DNA of 64,000 bases from Octopus vulgaris (lineage: Eukaryota), in the NCBI GenBank assembly GCA_951406725.2, contig OX597826.1, positions 24,428,001 through 24,492,000 of the forward strand. Reading direction: 5' to 3'. The notes under the pieces were generated by a model. The model was given only the letters and a program-made list of their open reading frames with translations, made no database searches and was not told the origin of the DNA. Of the stretch, positions 51,551 to 64,000 are shown one piece after another (within the stretch, counting starts at the first letter, position 1; each line of letters opens with the position of its first letter). A program made the translations under genes and the position numbers.

Positions 51551-53155
51551 TTATATAATAAAATACATGTTAAACTGACATAAAAAAATTTGCTGCTCTA
51601 GGTAGAAGGCTTGAAATATTTTCTCTTCTGAATAAAATTGACTGTGCTTACCTAAGCAATCATTCTGAGAGAACGATTTACCACAGATATCACATTGATA
51701 CGGTTTCTCTCCTGTATGAATGCGATTGTGTTTAGTTAAGTGATAATTCTGAGAGAATGATTTACCACAGATATCAGAGCAATATGGCTTCTCTCCTGTA
51801 TGAATGTGACAGTGTTTAGCTAAGCTATCATTCTGAGAGAATGATTTACTGCAGATATCACAGCGATAGGGCTTCTCACCTGTATGGATACGATTGTGTT
51901 TAGTTAAGTGATAATTCTGAGAGAATGATTTACCACAGATATCACAACAATATGGCTTCTCCCCTGTATGAATACGATAGTGTTTAGCTAAGTGATCACT
52001 GCGGGAGAATGATTTACCACAGATATCACAACAATATGGTTTCTTTCCAGTGTGAATGTGATTGTGCTTAGCCAGACTATTACTCTGGGAGAATGATTTA
52101 CCACAGATATCACAGCAATACGGCTCCTCTCCTGTATGAATGCGATTGTGTGCAGTTAAGTGATAATTCTGAGAGAATGATTTACCACAGATATCACAGC
52201 GATATGGCTTCTCTCCTGTATGAATGCGACAGTGTTTAGCTAAGCTATCACTCAAAGCAAATGATTTACCACAGATATCACAGTGATAATGTTTCTCCCC
52301 TGTATGTATGTGACTGTGTTTAGCTAAATTGGCACGCCAAGGAAATGATTTACCACAGATATCACAGTGATAAGGTTTCTCCCCTGTATGAATACGATAG
52401 TGCTTAGCTAAGTGCTGATTCTGAGAGAATGATTTACCACAGATGCCACAGCAATATGGCTTCTCTCCTGTATGAATGCGATTGTGCGTAGCTAATAGCT
52501 CATTCCGAGAGAAGAATTTACCACAGATATCACAGCGATATGGCTTCTCTCCTGTATGAATGCGATTGTGCACAACTAAGTGGTCATTCCGAGAGAAGGA
52601 TTTACCACAGATATCACATCGAAATGTCTTCTCTTCTGAATGAATGTGATGGTGCTGAGCCAAGTTAGTTTTGTGAGAGAATGATTTTCCACAGATATCG
52701 CAGGAATATGGTTTTTCTCCTGTATGAATGTGAGTGTGCGTAGCCAAGTAATCGTTCTGAGAAAATGATTTTCCACAGATATCACAGCGAGATGGCTTCT
52801 CTCCTGTATGAATGCGATTGTGTCTAGCTAAGTGACCATTCTGAGAGAACGATTTGCCACAGATATCACAGCAATATGGCTTCTCTCCAGCATGAATGTG
52901 CTTGTGTCTAGCTAAGTGATCACTCCGAGAGAATGATTTACCGCAGATATCACATTGAAATGGTTTTCCTCCTGAATGAATACTTCTGTGTTTTGTCAGG
53001 CGATGACTGAAATTGAATGATTTACCACAGATATCACAGTGATATGGTTTTTCTCCTGTGTGAATATATTTGTGAGTTGTAAGGTGATGTTCTTGAGAGA
53101 ACGATTTTTGACACATATCACATTGGTATGGTGTTTTCCCTACCTCTTTCGGCAT
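51551..53155 (-). CDS. C2H2 zinc-finger protein, 18 finger repeats, last two degenerate (ZNF-5)
   Basis: 534-aa ORF. Finger 17 has Cys>Ser and finger 18 lacks the final His. Confidence 0.93.
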   Translation of the reverse strand: MPKEVGKTPYQCDMCQKSFSQEHHLTTHKYIHTGEKPYHCDICGKSFNFSHRLTKHRSIHSGGKPFQCDICGKSFSRSDHLARHKHIHAGEKPYCCDICGKSFSQNGHLARHNRIHTGEKPSRCDICGKSFSQNDYLATHTHIHTGEKPYSCDICGKSFSHKTNLAQHHHIHSEEKTFRCDICGKSFSRNDHLVVHNRIHTGEKPYRCDICGKFFSRNELLATHNRIHTGEKPYCCGICGKSFSQNQHLAKHYRIHTGEKPYHCDICGKSFPWRANLAKHSHIHTGEKHYHCDICGKSFALSDSLAKHCRIHTGEKPYRCDICGKSFSQNYHLTAHNRIHTGEEPYCCDICGKSFSQSNSLAKHNHIHTGKKPYCCDICGKSFSRSDHLAKHYRIHTGEKPYCCDICGKSFSQNYHLTKHNRIHTGEKPYRCDICSKSFSQNDSLAKHCHIHTGEKPYCSDICGKSFSQNYHLTKHNRIHTGEKPYQCDICGKSFSQNDCLGKHSQFYSEEKIFQAFYLEQQIFLCQFNMYFII

Positions 53156-53891
53156 CTTTTAAACCTTTTAGTATTCAAATTACTCTGCTATTTGTAATTC
53201 TATTTTTATTCAAGTTGTTTTGAATTAAACCTGCATTATCTCATAGGTTTGCAACTTCAAAGATGTGATTTTTTTGAGAGTGGCATTGCAGGGTAGGTAT
53301 GATAGGCCAAATCTTGTTGTACTGATTGTAAAATAGTCAGAATATATAGGCAGGGTATGGCTGGTTTCAATGTTAAGGGCATTAAGAAAAAGAAAATCAA
53401 CTCTCAAACTTTCTTATGTAATTAAATCTTCCATAATTTTTGGCTCTCACTACTCTGTATATATGTAGGAATATTTTTCTTATTTCTCATTTTATAACTT
53501 ACACGTACCAGCAGTTTGTTTTGTTATATTTTTATCAACTTTTATCTTTGCTGATATCTGAAGGTGCAGAAAGTGTCTTTGTAATTTAATCCAAGCTTAT
53601 TTCAAATGAAATTAATCTGCTACAAATATTAAGCAGTGAATGTGAGAAATGTTGATGACAATCTCATAGAGAGGAAACGTTTCACTATAATTCATCACCA
53701 ATTTATATAAACATGGTTATACCTCTTCTGTATAACAGCTTCCTTTAGTCTATCAAAGAAGATGAATAAGGAAGATGTCAGATATAAAAATTCCTTTTCT
53801 GCCAATATCATCAGTTATTCTGAAATAAAAGAGAAAGAATATAAGAAATCAAAGACTGCCAAAGTGAAAAGATTCAACAGCACATGCACAT

Positions 53892-53933
<42 letters not shown>

Positions 53934-55524
53934 ATAGGTGATACATACAATATATACACTCTCTTTGATCATGCAGCTTTTGCAGACTCCCATGACTCTC
54001 TGTCACCATCCAATTCCATTATTAAGAATTTCAATTGGGAGATTGAGTCATAGTGAATCTTTCATTGGCTAATTACATGGACGTCACCCCTCTGGATGCA
54101 TTACAGTTACTATCTTGATAGAACTTGGTGATTCTGACTGTCGATCTTCTGGGATTCCTTCACTCAGCCTCAATGTAAGAAGCAACATTGGCTCAGCTGA
54201 GCTTTTCTGTTAACTCTTCATAATCCACCATGCTACAGTCCCTTAACTTCACTTCGTCGCTGGCACGGTGACTCAACAGATCCTGTACCTTGTCAAAGAG
54301 CAGCCCGTTACTAAGCAGCACACGGTCATCATTCCATGAGGTATTTTCAAAGTACCTGCATACACAACAATAAATACAATACATGCTAATTTGCTTGCAT
54401 CAAAGTGGCTACCTAAGTTGACCAATCTGTCCTTCCTTCCTGCCAATCCTATCAATGTTGTCAGCATATCTTAGGTTTGTGATGTTTGTCTTTCTCATGT
54501 TAACTGTTCTGCCATCATTTATGACCCACTCCAGGAAAACACCGAGGAGAAATGGAGTGAGAGGAAGCAGGTTTGATACACTTTTGTAATGGTATGAATT
54601 ACAAAAACCACCCTCACAGTAAGATTTATTGGGGCATGCAAAGTACATGTACGAAATGCTTTGTAGTTATCAAGGTATTTAGCTACACTGTATTTTTATA
54701 ACTGGCAAATTCAAGTAGGGGTAGCTCCTTCCCTCATTTGTGGTGAAAGGCCACCAAAATTCCTTCCCCTCACCCCCAGTCATTTGTGCATCCCCCCTCA
54801 CCTTGTTTGTACAATATATCTCTCCCTCTCTTTATTGATGATATCTTCAAGTTTTTAGAGAATTATTTTAGACTTGTGCTACAAACCAGGTTTTGGGCAC
54901 TTCTGAAACTAATCAGCATCATAGCACAATGTTCTTTATTAAGAACCCTACACCATTTGAGTAGCTGTTTGCCACTTCGTTAAAATACATGTCCTTTTTT
55001 TCCCCTACGTTCTTTGGTTCGTTTTCACAGAGCTGAAGAAACTGTTTCACCATCTCATACGCAGGTCATTTTAGTTTCCATTTAGCTTCAGTGTTCTCAC
55101 ATTTCATATGGTAATATGTTTCTCTTGCCGTTTTGATAAGTCAAATCACAGTTGAAAAGACAACACGTGGTCACAGAAATTACCGAGTTCTTTGTTATGA
55201 TTTTTCAAGTTAAAACGAAAGATCGTCCAGACTTTACGTACATGCTTATATACATACATACAAACACACACACACATATGTTGCTGTTTACTTTAGTCGC
55301 TTAATTATTGTTGTTATGTGTAGTTTGGGTTCTAATGGGATAGACAACCAATATGAAAGCCATTGTTATTGTTTACGTGTTTATTTACTTTTCATGTTAC
55401 ACGGACATTCAGTGTAGTGATACACTTTATACTTTACACACACTTGTACTGTTCACTAACAAAATAGTGCCAAAAGGGGGGATGTATTCTATGCACGTAT
55501 ACACATAGATATGAATGTGTAACA

Positions 55525-55536
55525 TCCCTTCTTCTT
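55525..55536 (-). promoter_or_regulatory. Polypurine tract
   Basis: AAGAAGAAGGGA immediately before the 3' LTR on the minus strand. Confidence 0.85.
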
Positions 55537-58500
55537 GAAAAAAAATAAAGGGGTCTTTTGGCAGTGAAGACAATTATGAGTAGTCTCTCTTACTCTAATG
55601 GATTGTCAGCCTGAGGTGGCAATCCTACAGCAGAAACCGTGAGATTCTTCTGCCTCTGCTTTGTAATCTAGCTGAATTAGTTACTTATCTTTTCATTTTC
55701 TTTTTTTTTTCTTTAACGGTATCGAACCGGTGGCAGATGTTCTTTCTCCATCTGGTGGATCTTGTGCTTCGCACCGGTGTCTGAGGTGTGTTGTTGGGTG
55801 GCTGATAGGTGGTTGGTGCCCGTTGGGGTGATGATTCTGTGGGTGTTGTCACTGATGCAGCAAGTGTTGTACACGTTGTCCTCGACAGCTTTGGTGTTGG
55901 GCGGATGTGGACCCTGTTGCGTCTCAGCTGCCCACTAGATTCCGTTTCTATTATATATATCTTGAATTTTCAGCTCTCCTGACAACCTGTGCTGGGATCC
56001 ATGTTTTAGTTATGGGATCTTGAGTATGCACATGTTGTCCTCCAAGTATCTCAGGTAAATATTGTGCATGTTTGTTGAAATATTTCTGTGATTGTTCTTG
56101 AGTGGCTGCTAGCTTTGCCCTTGTCTCTTCTTGGTCAATAGGAGGTTGGATCTTAGTTGGCAGGGTAGTTTTGTACTTCCTACCATTCAGCAATTCTGCT
56201 GGGGATTTCATATCAGCTCTCAGTGGTGTCGCTCGCAGGGACAGAAGTGCCAGGTGTGGGTCTTCCTTAGTCTCTCGGCATTTGACTAGTGTTCTCTTCA
56301 CTGTCTGCACCTGTCTTTCTATAAACCCATGACCTTTGGGGTAGTGTGGAGATGAGGTTGTAATATTGAACCCATACTCATCGGCTAGCTTTTTGAACTC
56401 TTGCGATGTGAACTGGGTTCCCTTGTCACATGATCTGCTCTGGTATTCCTTGCTCTGCTAGAAGTCCTCGATCCACTGTAGTGATTGTTTTGGCAGTCAG
56501 GTCTTTCACTTTACTCACAAATGGAAATTTGTAGTAGTAGCAGGCCATTATCAAATACCATTCTTGGCCCTCTTTGAACAGATCTACTCCAATAGTTTGC
56601 CATGGCCTTCTTGGGATGTCACTAGATATCATTTCCTCCTTTTGTTGTGAGTTTCTGTACTTTTGACAGATGTGGCATGTAGAAACTGTCTTTTCTATGT
56701 CTTTGTACATGCCTACCCAATATACTGCTGACTTGGCTCGGAGCTTGCATTTCTCCATTCCTAGATGCCCTTGGTGGATCTTGTCAAGAATCTCTTTTTG
56801 CATTGACTTGGGTATAATTATTCGGGATCCAGCCATCGGGATTCCAGTCTCCACTGATATATCATGGATGGCCCAATATTCACGAATTAGGGGTTGCACC
56901 TGATGTCTCTTTTCTGGCCACCCCTAAATCACCGTCTGAGTAAGGAGCTAGGGTTCTTCATCTTTGCTGGTCTCCTCTTTGATTTCTGCTAGCTTTGTGG
57001 TTGTCACATTTATAATGTGGTGGACCTTTATGCTTAGTCCTTCCATCTCCTGTTTATTATGTGATGATAGTCTGGAAAGAGCATCCGCCAATATCAGGTC
57101 TTTTCCTGGCTTGTACCTGATGTCATAGTCGTATGTTCGAAGCCTTAGTAGTAACCTTTGCAGTCTGGCTGGTGCTTTTGTCAGGTTTTTTCTATGTATT
57201 TGTTCTAGCAGGCGATGGTCTGTTTCTATATTGAAATGTCTGCCATACAGGTATGTATGGAACTTTTCACATCCATATACTACTGCCACGAGTTCCCTTT
57301 CAATATTTGCATGCCTTGTCTCTGAGGGTGAGAGAGCTTTCGAGGCATATGCAATGGGTTTACCTTCTTGTATCAGTGCTGCGCCAACTCCTCTCATAGA
57401 ACCATCGACTTGGAGTGTTACTGGCTTACGTCTGTCATAGTATTGCAGAGTTGTCTCCTTATTGATGAGCTTTTTGATTGTTTTGAAATCCTGTGTGTGT
57501 GAAGCACACCAATCAAACTCTACGTCATCTTTGTTTAGCTCTCGGAGATTTGCAGTGTGATCGGCCAGCTTGGGTATGAAGGCTCCCATGTAGTGGATGA
57601 GTCCCAGGAAGCTCCTGAGTTCCTTCTTGCCTTTGGGTTCTTTAATGTCTCTGATGGCTTCCACTTTAGCGGGGTATGGTTTAGCTCCCTCTGCAGAGTA
57701 TATAATTCCAAAGAATTTGCACTCCTTTGCTTTTATTACACACTTGTCTGCATTGAGTTTGATGCCTGCTTGTCGGGTTTTCTCCATAGCTTCATGTAAA
57801 TTGAAGTCATGTGTGGTCTCATCCTTGCCATGCACTTGGATATCATCTGCTATTCCAATTGCTCCCTTGCAGCCTTGGTATGTCTCATCTATTTGGCGCT
57901 GGAAAACATCTTGGCTCACCTTCAATCCAAATGGGAGTCAGTTGAATCGATATCTGCCAAATGGTGTGTTGAAGGTAGTGAGGTTGGATGATTCTTTGTC
58001 TATCTTTACATTCCAGTACCCATTGCTGGCATCCAGTTTGCTGAATAATTTGGATCCAGCCAATGATGGTGTGATTTCTTCAAGAGTTGGAATTGGATGG
58101 TGCTCTCTTTTTAATGCTTTGTTCAGGTCCCTTGGGTCGAGGCATATCCGTAGGGTACCATTGGGTTTTTCCTTGATTACAATTGAATTCACCCAATCTG
58201 TTGGATGTATCACTTTGGTGATTATTTCTTTTTTTTCCATTCTGTCCAACTCTGTCTTCGGCTTCTCTTTTAGTTCTAGAGGGACGCGGCGAGGTGGGTG
58301 AACAATTGGTTTGATATTGGGGTCGACTGTTATATGATATCGACATTTCACAAAGCACCTGACTGTATCATCAAAGCATTCAAGGTACATGCTTATCAGT
58401 TTCTCTTTGTTTGTGATTTGTGGTCGATCTTTGATAGGCATATCTCTGTCAATCCTGCTTGGAGCTGCTTTCACTTCAGCATTGATCGATACAATATTTA

Positions 58501-59831
58501 GCTTTTTGCAGGTATTGAGTCCAAGAATTGCTGGTCCTTCTGTTCTTGTGACATAAAAAGAACACTTGATTGTTTTTCCTTTGTGTCCCTGTGATAGTTG
58601 TTTTGCCCAGTTGTGGAATCCTGGTACCTCCGTACGCAGTGAGGATTACATCACTTGGTGTGAGGATTCCTTCTCTGACTTTATCCTCTTGTGTCATGTG
58701 TTCTAGGAACATCTTTTTGTAGAGGTTGATAGGCAAGATATCACTCTGGGCTCCAGTGTCAATCTTTAGCCTTAAGACTATGTTTATTTGTTTCCTGCCA
58801 GACTTCTTTTGTATTCTTATTGTCGTGTATGCCTCATTTTTTTTCTGGTCGTCATTTCCCATCTCATGCACATTTATTGTGCCAACTGCCAAGAATTCCT
58901 CCTCTGAGGTGTTTTGTTCTTGGGCATGTATATCTCTTCTTCTATTTCCGCTCCTCTTTGAAAATTGGGGCTTGTATTTCTGGGATTTTGTTATCCTACA
59001 CATTTTCCCCCAGTGGTTAAGTTTTCCACATGCTTTGCAGTGTGTACCGAATGCAGGATATTTTTTCCGGTTGTTGAAATTGTGCTCTGTACCACAGTAC
59101 TTGCATGATCTTTGCGGCTATGTTTTGTCCTGTGCCTAGATACAATATCTACACTGCTGCCTAGTGAGCTTGTTTGTAAGCTAAGTGAGGCCATTTGTTT
59201 GGTAGTAGCTTCGAATGCTCTTGCAGTGTCTACTGCTTCTATCAACTGGAGAGCGTCCTTACCTATGAGGGATTTCTGAACTTCTTTATGAGCACACCCC
59301 CATATTAATTGATCAACGATTCTTTCGTCCTTATCTTTGAATTTGCATTTTTCAGCAACATTCTTTAGTCTGGACAGGAAATTGTCAATCATTCCTTGTG
59401 GGTCTTGTTTCAGGCCCTGGAATTCGTATCTGTGAATTCTATGGTTCGATCTGGGCTCTAGGTGCCTTTCAAATTTTTCTAAAAGTGTGTCTGGGTTATT
59501 GCAGTCAGATTCTGACATATCCCAGCTATTGAATAGGTCTATACCTTTACTGCCCGTCCATAAAAGGATATAGCTTACCTTCTAATCGTCAGTTGTGCCT
59601 TTCAGGAAACTTTTGAAAGCTAGTTGAGTTTTCTGTTTGAATTTCTTAAATGCTTCTAAGACATCATGCAAGTCCCAGTTCATGATCGGATGTAGATTCA
59701 TCTGTACGGCGACGGGGGTCGCCATCTTGGATCCTCGTGTTGTCCGAAGACGAGCGATGTTTTGTTTGTTAAATTCCTGGTTCGTTGTGTTTCTGTTTTG
59801 TTGTAAAGGCACAGTTTCCGATTAATTATTT

Positions 59832-59844
59832 ACCGCTGCCACCA
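59832..59844 (-). promoter_or_regulatory. Primer-binding site (tRNA-Leu)
   Basis: TGGTGGCAGCGGT directly after the 5' LTR is complementary to the ...ACCGCUGCCACCA 3' end of animal tRNA-Leu(AAG/UAG). Confidence 0.8.
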
Positions 59845-60139
59845 TGTTATGTGTAGTTTTTGGGTTCTAATGGGATAGGCAACCAATATTAAAGCCATTG
59901 TTATTGTTTACGTGTTTATTTACTTTTCATGTTACACGGACTCGACGTTCAGCGTAGTGATACACTATACTTTACACACAGTTGTACTGTTCACTAACAA
60001 AATAGTGCCAAAAGTGGGGATGTATTCTATGCACGTATACACATAGATATGAATGTGTAACAATTGTTTAAATGTTTTATGACTGATTTCGAACTCTGTG
60101 GTATGCACTTGTAGTTTAAAGGTACGAAAATATAGTTGC

Positions 60140-60276
60140 TCATACCTTGAGTTGCAATTGGGTACCGCGGCCAGATTATTCAGGTATCATCTGTTGACTC
60201 GACATATCTCCTCAGCTCGGATCCCTTCAAAACAAATTCTAGAAGAGCGACGCAAAAAGAGGCAGACTTGACGTCA
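60140..60276 (-). promoter_or_regulatory. Putative promoter (CRE) and exon 1 of ZNF-5
   Basis: TGACGTCA at 60269-60276; donor AAG|GTATGA at 60145. Confidence 0.55.
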
Positions 60277-60428
60277 TCTGGTCCCTGCCGATCCTCCTGC
60301 GCAGTCTCTCCTTTTCTCTTCCGCTTAGTTATCCTACATCCAAAGGATTAGAATAAGGATGTCAATAGCAGAATCAAAATTATGAAGTCGCGTTTTTGCC
60401 AAATCGAAATCACGATAGCCGAAAAATG

Positions 60429-60836
60429 GGTACTATTTAAGAAGAGTGGTCCCGGTGCGCGCACTCGCGCCAGCTAGTCGTGCCTAGTGGATCCTTACTT
60501 TGTGTTTTATTTACTTTGTTAAAAAAAAAATTATTGGCGATGTTTCGGTATATGTACACACGTGACTTTGTTTACATTTCCGAAGATAACAGAGACCCTT
60601 TTCTCCGACCCCTAACTCTAAGCCCCCATATACAAAAAACAAACAAACACTTTTTTGAAATGTATCCGGTACTTACAGCGGTACATATACCGATGGTTCG
60701 CCAAATTATTTACTTTGTGTAAAAAATTATTTATTTTATGTTTTATTTACTTTTCTAGGTAGTCGTTGTAGGATCGACTAGTCACGACTTGCTAGCGCGA
60801 GGGCGCGCACCGGGACCACTCTTCTTAAGTAGTACC
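60429..60836. mobile_element. Palindromic MITE with a nested second MITE (60536-60702)
   Basis: The outer TIR is as at 43967-44154. The inner element GGCGATGTTTCGGTATATGTAC...GTACATATACCGATGGTTCGCC has the 8-bp TSD AAATTATT. Confidence 0.85.
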
Positions 60837-61568
60837 GATGTGGGTTTCCGTAAAAAAAAAAATAAAATAAAGAGGAAGGGGTGGATTACGTCTCCGACAT
60901 GTGCGCCCTGGGAAGAATGAAAACTGAAATATAGATTTAAAAAACAGTGCAATTATAAATACAACATCGTTAGTTCGTGAGATATCTTTCGTTTCTTCCT
61001 TTTATTTCTACTGCTCACAAGTAAAATAAGTAAATGAGTGGAAATTTTATGGTTGAGTGTTAAATTATAAGGCACTAAAAGAGAATGACACTCCCCAGAT
61101 ACAACACAATATAAAGATCCTCACCAATTAACGAAAACACACAACCCCCCTCCCCCGCAGCCTACTGGGTGTTAACAACTGTGTAGAAAACGAATATGAA
61201 AAAACGTATACAATACCGATGTTTATATGAATAATACTTACATAATATATAACCGACGAGGAAGATGGCATAATATAATTGAAAGAGACAGGGCATAACG
61301 TCAACGTTTACTGTAAAACAAACATCTCGACGATCGCTAGGAATGACCACTCTAAATTAAGTAAATTCGCAATGATTTACAGTCAGTATGATTTCCTTAG
61401 TGTCAGTTGCAAACTTGTTCTGACGAATTAAATCTAAATGTTTTAATTAATAGCAAGTTTATGTAGGAAAAGTAATAATGAAGAACTAACAAAAACATAA
61501 AAACGGTTAAAGGGGAAGTAACTCTATTTTTAATACCTGAACGTAGATGGAAAAAGTTTTAGTGAGTT

Positions 61569-61947
61569 TGTAGCGGGTAGGATTCTTGGCCACTACTTCT
61601 GGTCTGATCTGAGGGTAGCCCTTAAAAGGACGGTTATCGCAATGAGATCCGATCCAAGAATAGTCCTAAAAAGGACTGTTATCGTAATTAGATCGGGTCT
61701 GAGAGTAGTCCTAAAAAGGACTGTTATCGCATTCAGATCAGACTTGAATGAGCCCTGAGAAGGACTGCGGTCGTAATCAGCAAAACCGGACAGACGAAAG
61801 CAGTAGTTGAAATGACGAGCAGACAAGAGGTGTAAGTTTATACAGCGATTTATTTCAGGCGTGAAATAGCAGTACAAAGGTTCGAGGCGAGCGTGGCAGG
61901 CGAGAGGGACACGATTTACATCAGTCGAGTGCCAAAAAGCCAACTGC
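61569..61947 (-). mobile_element. Probable LTR end containing 3 x 45-bp tandem repeats
   Basis: Homology to the ZNF-4 upstream region stops at TGTAGCGGG (61569). Repeat GTCCTAAAAAGGACTGTTATCG at 61605-61740. Minus-strand AATAAA at ~61850. Confidence 0.45.
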
Positions 61948-64000
61948 TTTTTCTTTATTCACCATAAATACAGACAAAACAATCACGAATGATTTTTATA
62001 TAATTATGCATTTGGGGTCAATTAAAAATTTAATGATGATTATACATTTTCGGATGACAAGACATTCAACTAGACAATTTCACAAATGGAGTGGAGCGGG
62101 TCTACGGACCCCACGAACCCCGCCACGACACTTGACCTTATGTTTTTTTTTTCTCTTTTTTCCTTTTCGGCCTATCTCGTATTTATGAGGGACCTTTTAC
62201 TCACAACATTCTTCCACCTTTCATCAAACACTTTCTTACTCAGGCCCCTCCTCTCTAGTTCTATTTGTCTTTTCAGGTGGAATTTAAAGAAAACCACCAG
62301 ACTAGAACCAGAGATGAAGTCGCCTGTTATCATTCCTTTCATCCCTGTCTTCCATACTACCTGTTTCGCAGTTGAAACCACTGAGAGAAAACAATTCTTA
62401 CCTTCTTTCGTTAAGAAATCCGGTGGATTGATTTTTACAATGGATTCAGTTGATAGCTGTACTCCTCCTCCATTTGACAACAGTTGTTCGGCAAAAACCC
62501 ACATATCTGCCACCTCCGAACACTGCACGATCGCGTGCAAGACGGTTTCCTTGTCCTGCCCACACCTCGGACAGGTCGGGCTGACTTGGCCACCGTGCCT
62601 TGCGAGTTTGTCCCGAACAGGTAAGGCTCCTCGGTAACACTGCCAAGCCAAGGACTTCTGAAAATTATCCAGTGCCTTCGGCCCGAATGTACGTTGGAAC
62701 AGACTGGCCAGCTGATTATCGTCGAAACCTAGGGTTTCCCCTAGCGTATCATCGCTACCGGCCTCCACAAACCCTCTATAGAAAACAGCGGTAGAACCAT
62801 TGCCGCAAGCATTGCCCGAGCGACAGAATAGTCGGAGTGCTTTGCGACACTCCGTATACCATGAACCCAACTTCGATCTGCGATTATACCAGGCTTCCCG
62901 TCCACCGAAACTGGTGAATTTGGGAAACATCTGTTTCGCCAGCGGAGACCACACGCGTTCACCATCCAGATGGATCCACAGATGCCTTAACCTCAGCGCA
63001 TTTCTGCACATCGTTAGCCACGGCATCCCTAGTCCACCCTTTAACGGTTTTTGACAACAAATAGAGCGTCTCACAAGTGGTTTCGAGCCCTTCCACAAGA
63101 AGTGAAAGAGCTGTCTTTCCAACTTGGTCAACCATGAATCCGGGCAAGGCGGTAGGTGATCACCGATGCGATAAACACATTGGCTACCTCCGCCCTACCT
63201 TTCAGGGATAACCACCGCCAAGACCAGGTCTTGGCTACTGCAGCCACCCTGCTCGATACCTCGCTCCAGTTCTTCTCTATTTGGAGGTCTGGTCCAAACC
63301 AAACCCCGAGCAACTTAATCGGACCCTCCGTCCAACGTCCCACGACGCTGTCTGGAGGTATCGACTTGCCTCTCTAGGTGCCAAGTTTCAAGCCGACCGA
63401 CTTTTCACGATTAACTTTTGCTCCTATCACCGTCTGGTAAACCTCTATGGTCTTGCCTACTTTACGTAGGAGGTCCACTTCGGTCACGATGATAGTGATG
63501 TTATCCGCGTATGCCGAAACCGACATTTCACAACCTGGCTGCCTCGGGATGCCACTCAGTTTTCGCAGCAGCGGCTCAAGAGCCACTACATACAGAAGCG
63601 GGGAGAACGGGCATCCCTGACGAACCGAGCGTTTGACTCTGAACGGCTTAGAAAGAAAGCCGTTCACCCGAACTACCGAGTCGACGTTGTCGTACATTTC
63701 AATGATCCACCTGAGGAAGCCAAGACCCAGGCCGAACTGAGCCAGAACGGACACCAGGTAATGATGGTCGACCCTATCGAAAGCTTTTGATTGGTCTAAA
63801 TGGACCACTGCCCCTCCCTTGCCGGGATCGTTATTAATTCCCTCTATAGTGTATTTAATGAGATGGAGATTATCCTGAATGGACCTGCCCGGTACGGCAC
63901 ACGTTTGTGCCTTCCCAATCAGTCCATTCGCGACACGCGCCAATCTGTTCGATAACACTTTGGCCAAAATCTTCAGCTCTGCGTTAAGCAGAGTGATGGG
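61948..64000 (-). mobile_element. L1-clade (Tx1-like) LINE, RT and C-terminal Cys-rich domain, runs off the window
   Basis: LDQSKAFDRVDH, SVRQGCPFSPLLY, SAYADNITI, GGLGMP, CPRCGQDKETVLHAIVQC. AATAAA plus an A-rich end at ~61948-61960. Frameshifted. Confidence 0.9.

Larger units (their letters stand above)
55312..60062 (-). mobile_element. Full-length Ty3/Gypsy LTR retrotransposon (disabled) in intron 1 of ZNF-5
   Basis: LTRs at 59845-60062 and 55312-55524 (TG...CA). TSD ATTGT. Domain order gag, protease (KIDTGAQ), RT (IADDI), RNase H (IAYASKAL, ETDHRLL), integrase (IHQGHLG...CHICQ). Empty site at ~43602. Confidence 0.97.

Noticed and set aside
57597-58301. 234-aa plus-strand ORF, and similar ORFs at 49087-49506 and 62086-62637
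   Set aside because: These are antisense shadows of retroelement pol ORFs.

Overview
AT-rich eukaryotic (animal) DNA, most likely from a coleoid cephalopod such as Octopus. That assignment is inferred from the style of the zinc fingers and the SINE/RTE families and was not verified. The window is a cluster of single-coding-exon C2H2 zinc-finger genes with no recognisable effector domain. There are three intact ORFs (14842-16458 +, 27959-29590 +, 51551-53155 -), one frameshifted copy (37958-39634 -) and one 5'-deleted fragment (33498-34328 -). Each complete unit repeats the same parts: an upstream block, a CRE (TGACGTCA) promoter, a short non-coding exon 1, an intron, an acceptor followed by a 38-codon uORF, and then an array of about 16-19 fingers of 84 bp each. 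Orphan pieces suggest an alternating inverted array that has been eroded by deletions. Non-coding tracts are homogenised in patches between paralogs while the finger arrays are reshuffled. The spacers and introns hold many transposons: a full-length Ty3/Gypsy element with LTRs, PBS, PPT and TSD, a solo LTR, Gypsy relics, RTE, CR1 and Tx1-like LINEs, Merlin transposase fragments with 8-bp-TSD MITEs, a piggyBac-type MITE, a mariner relic and SINEs. No rRNA, tRNA gene or CRISPR array was seen. Everything was read by eye, so boundaries of degenerate repeats are approximate.
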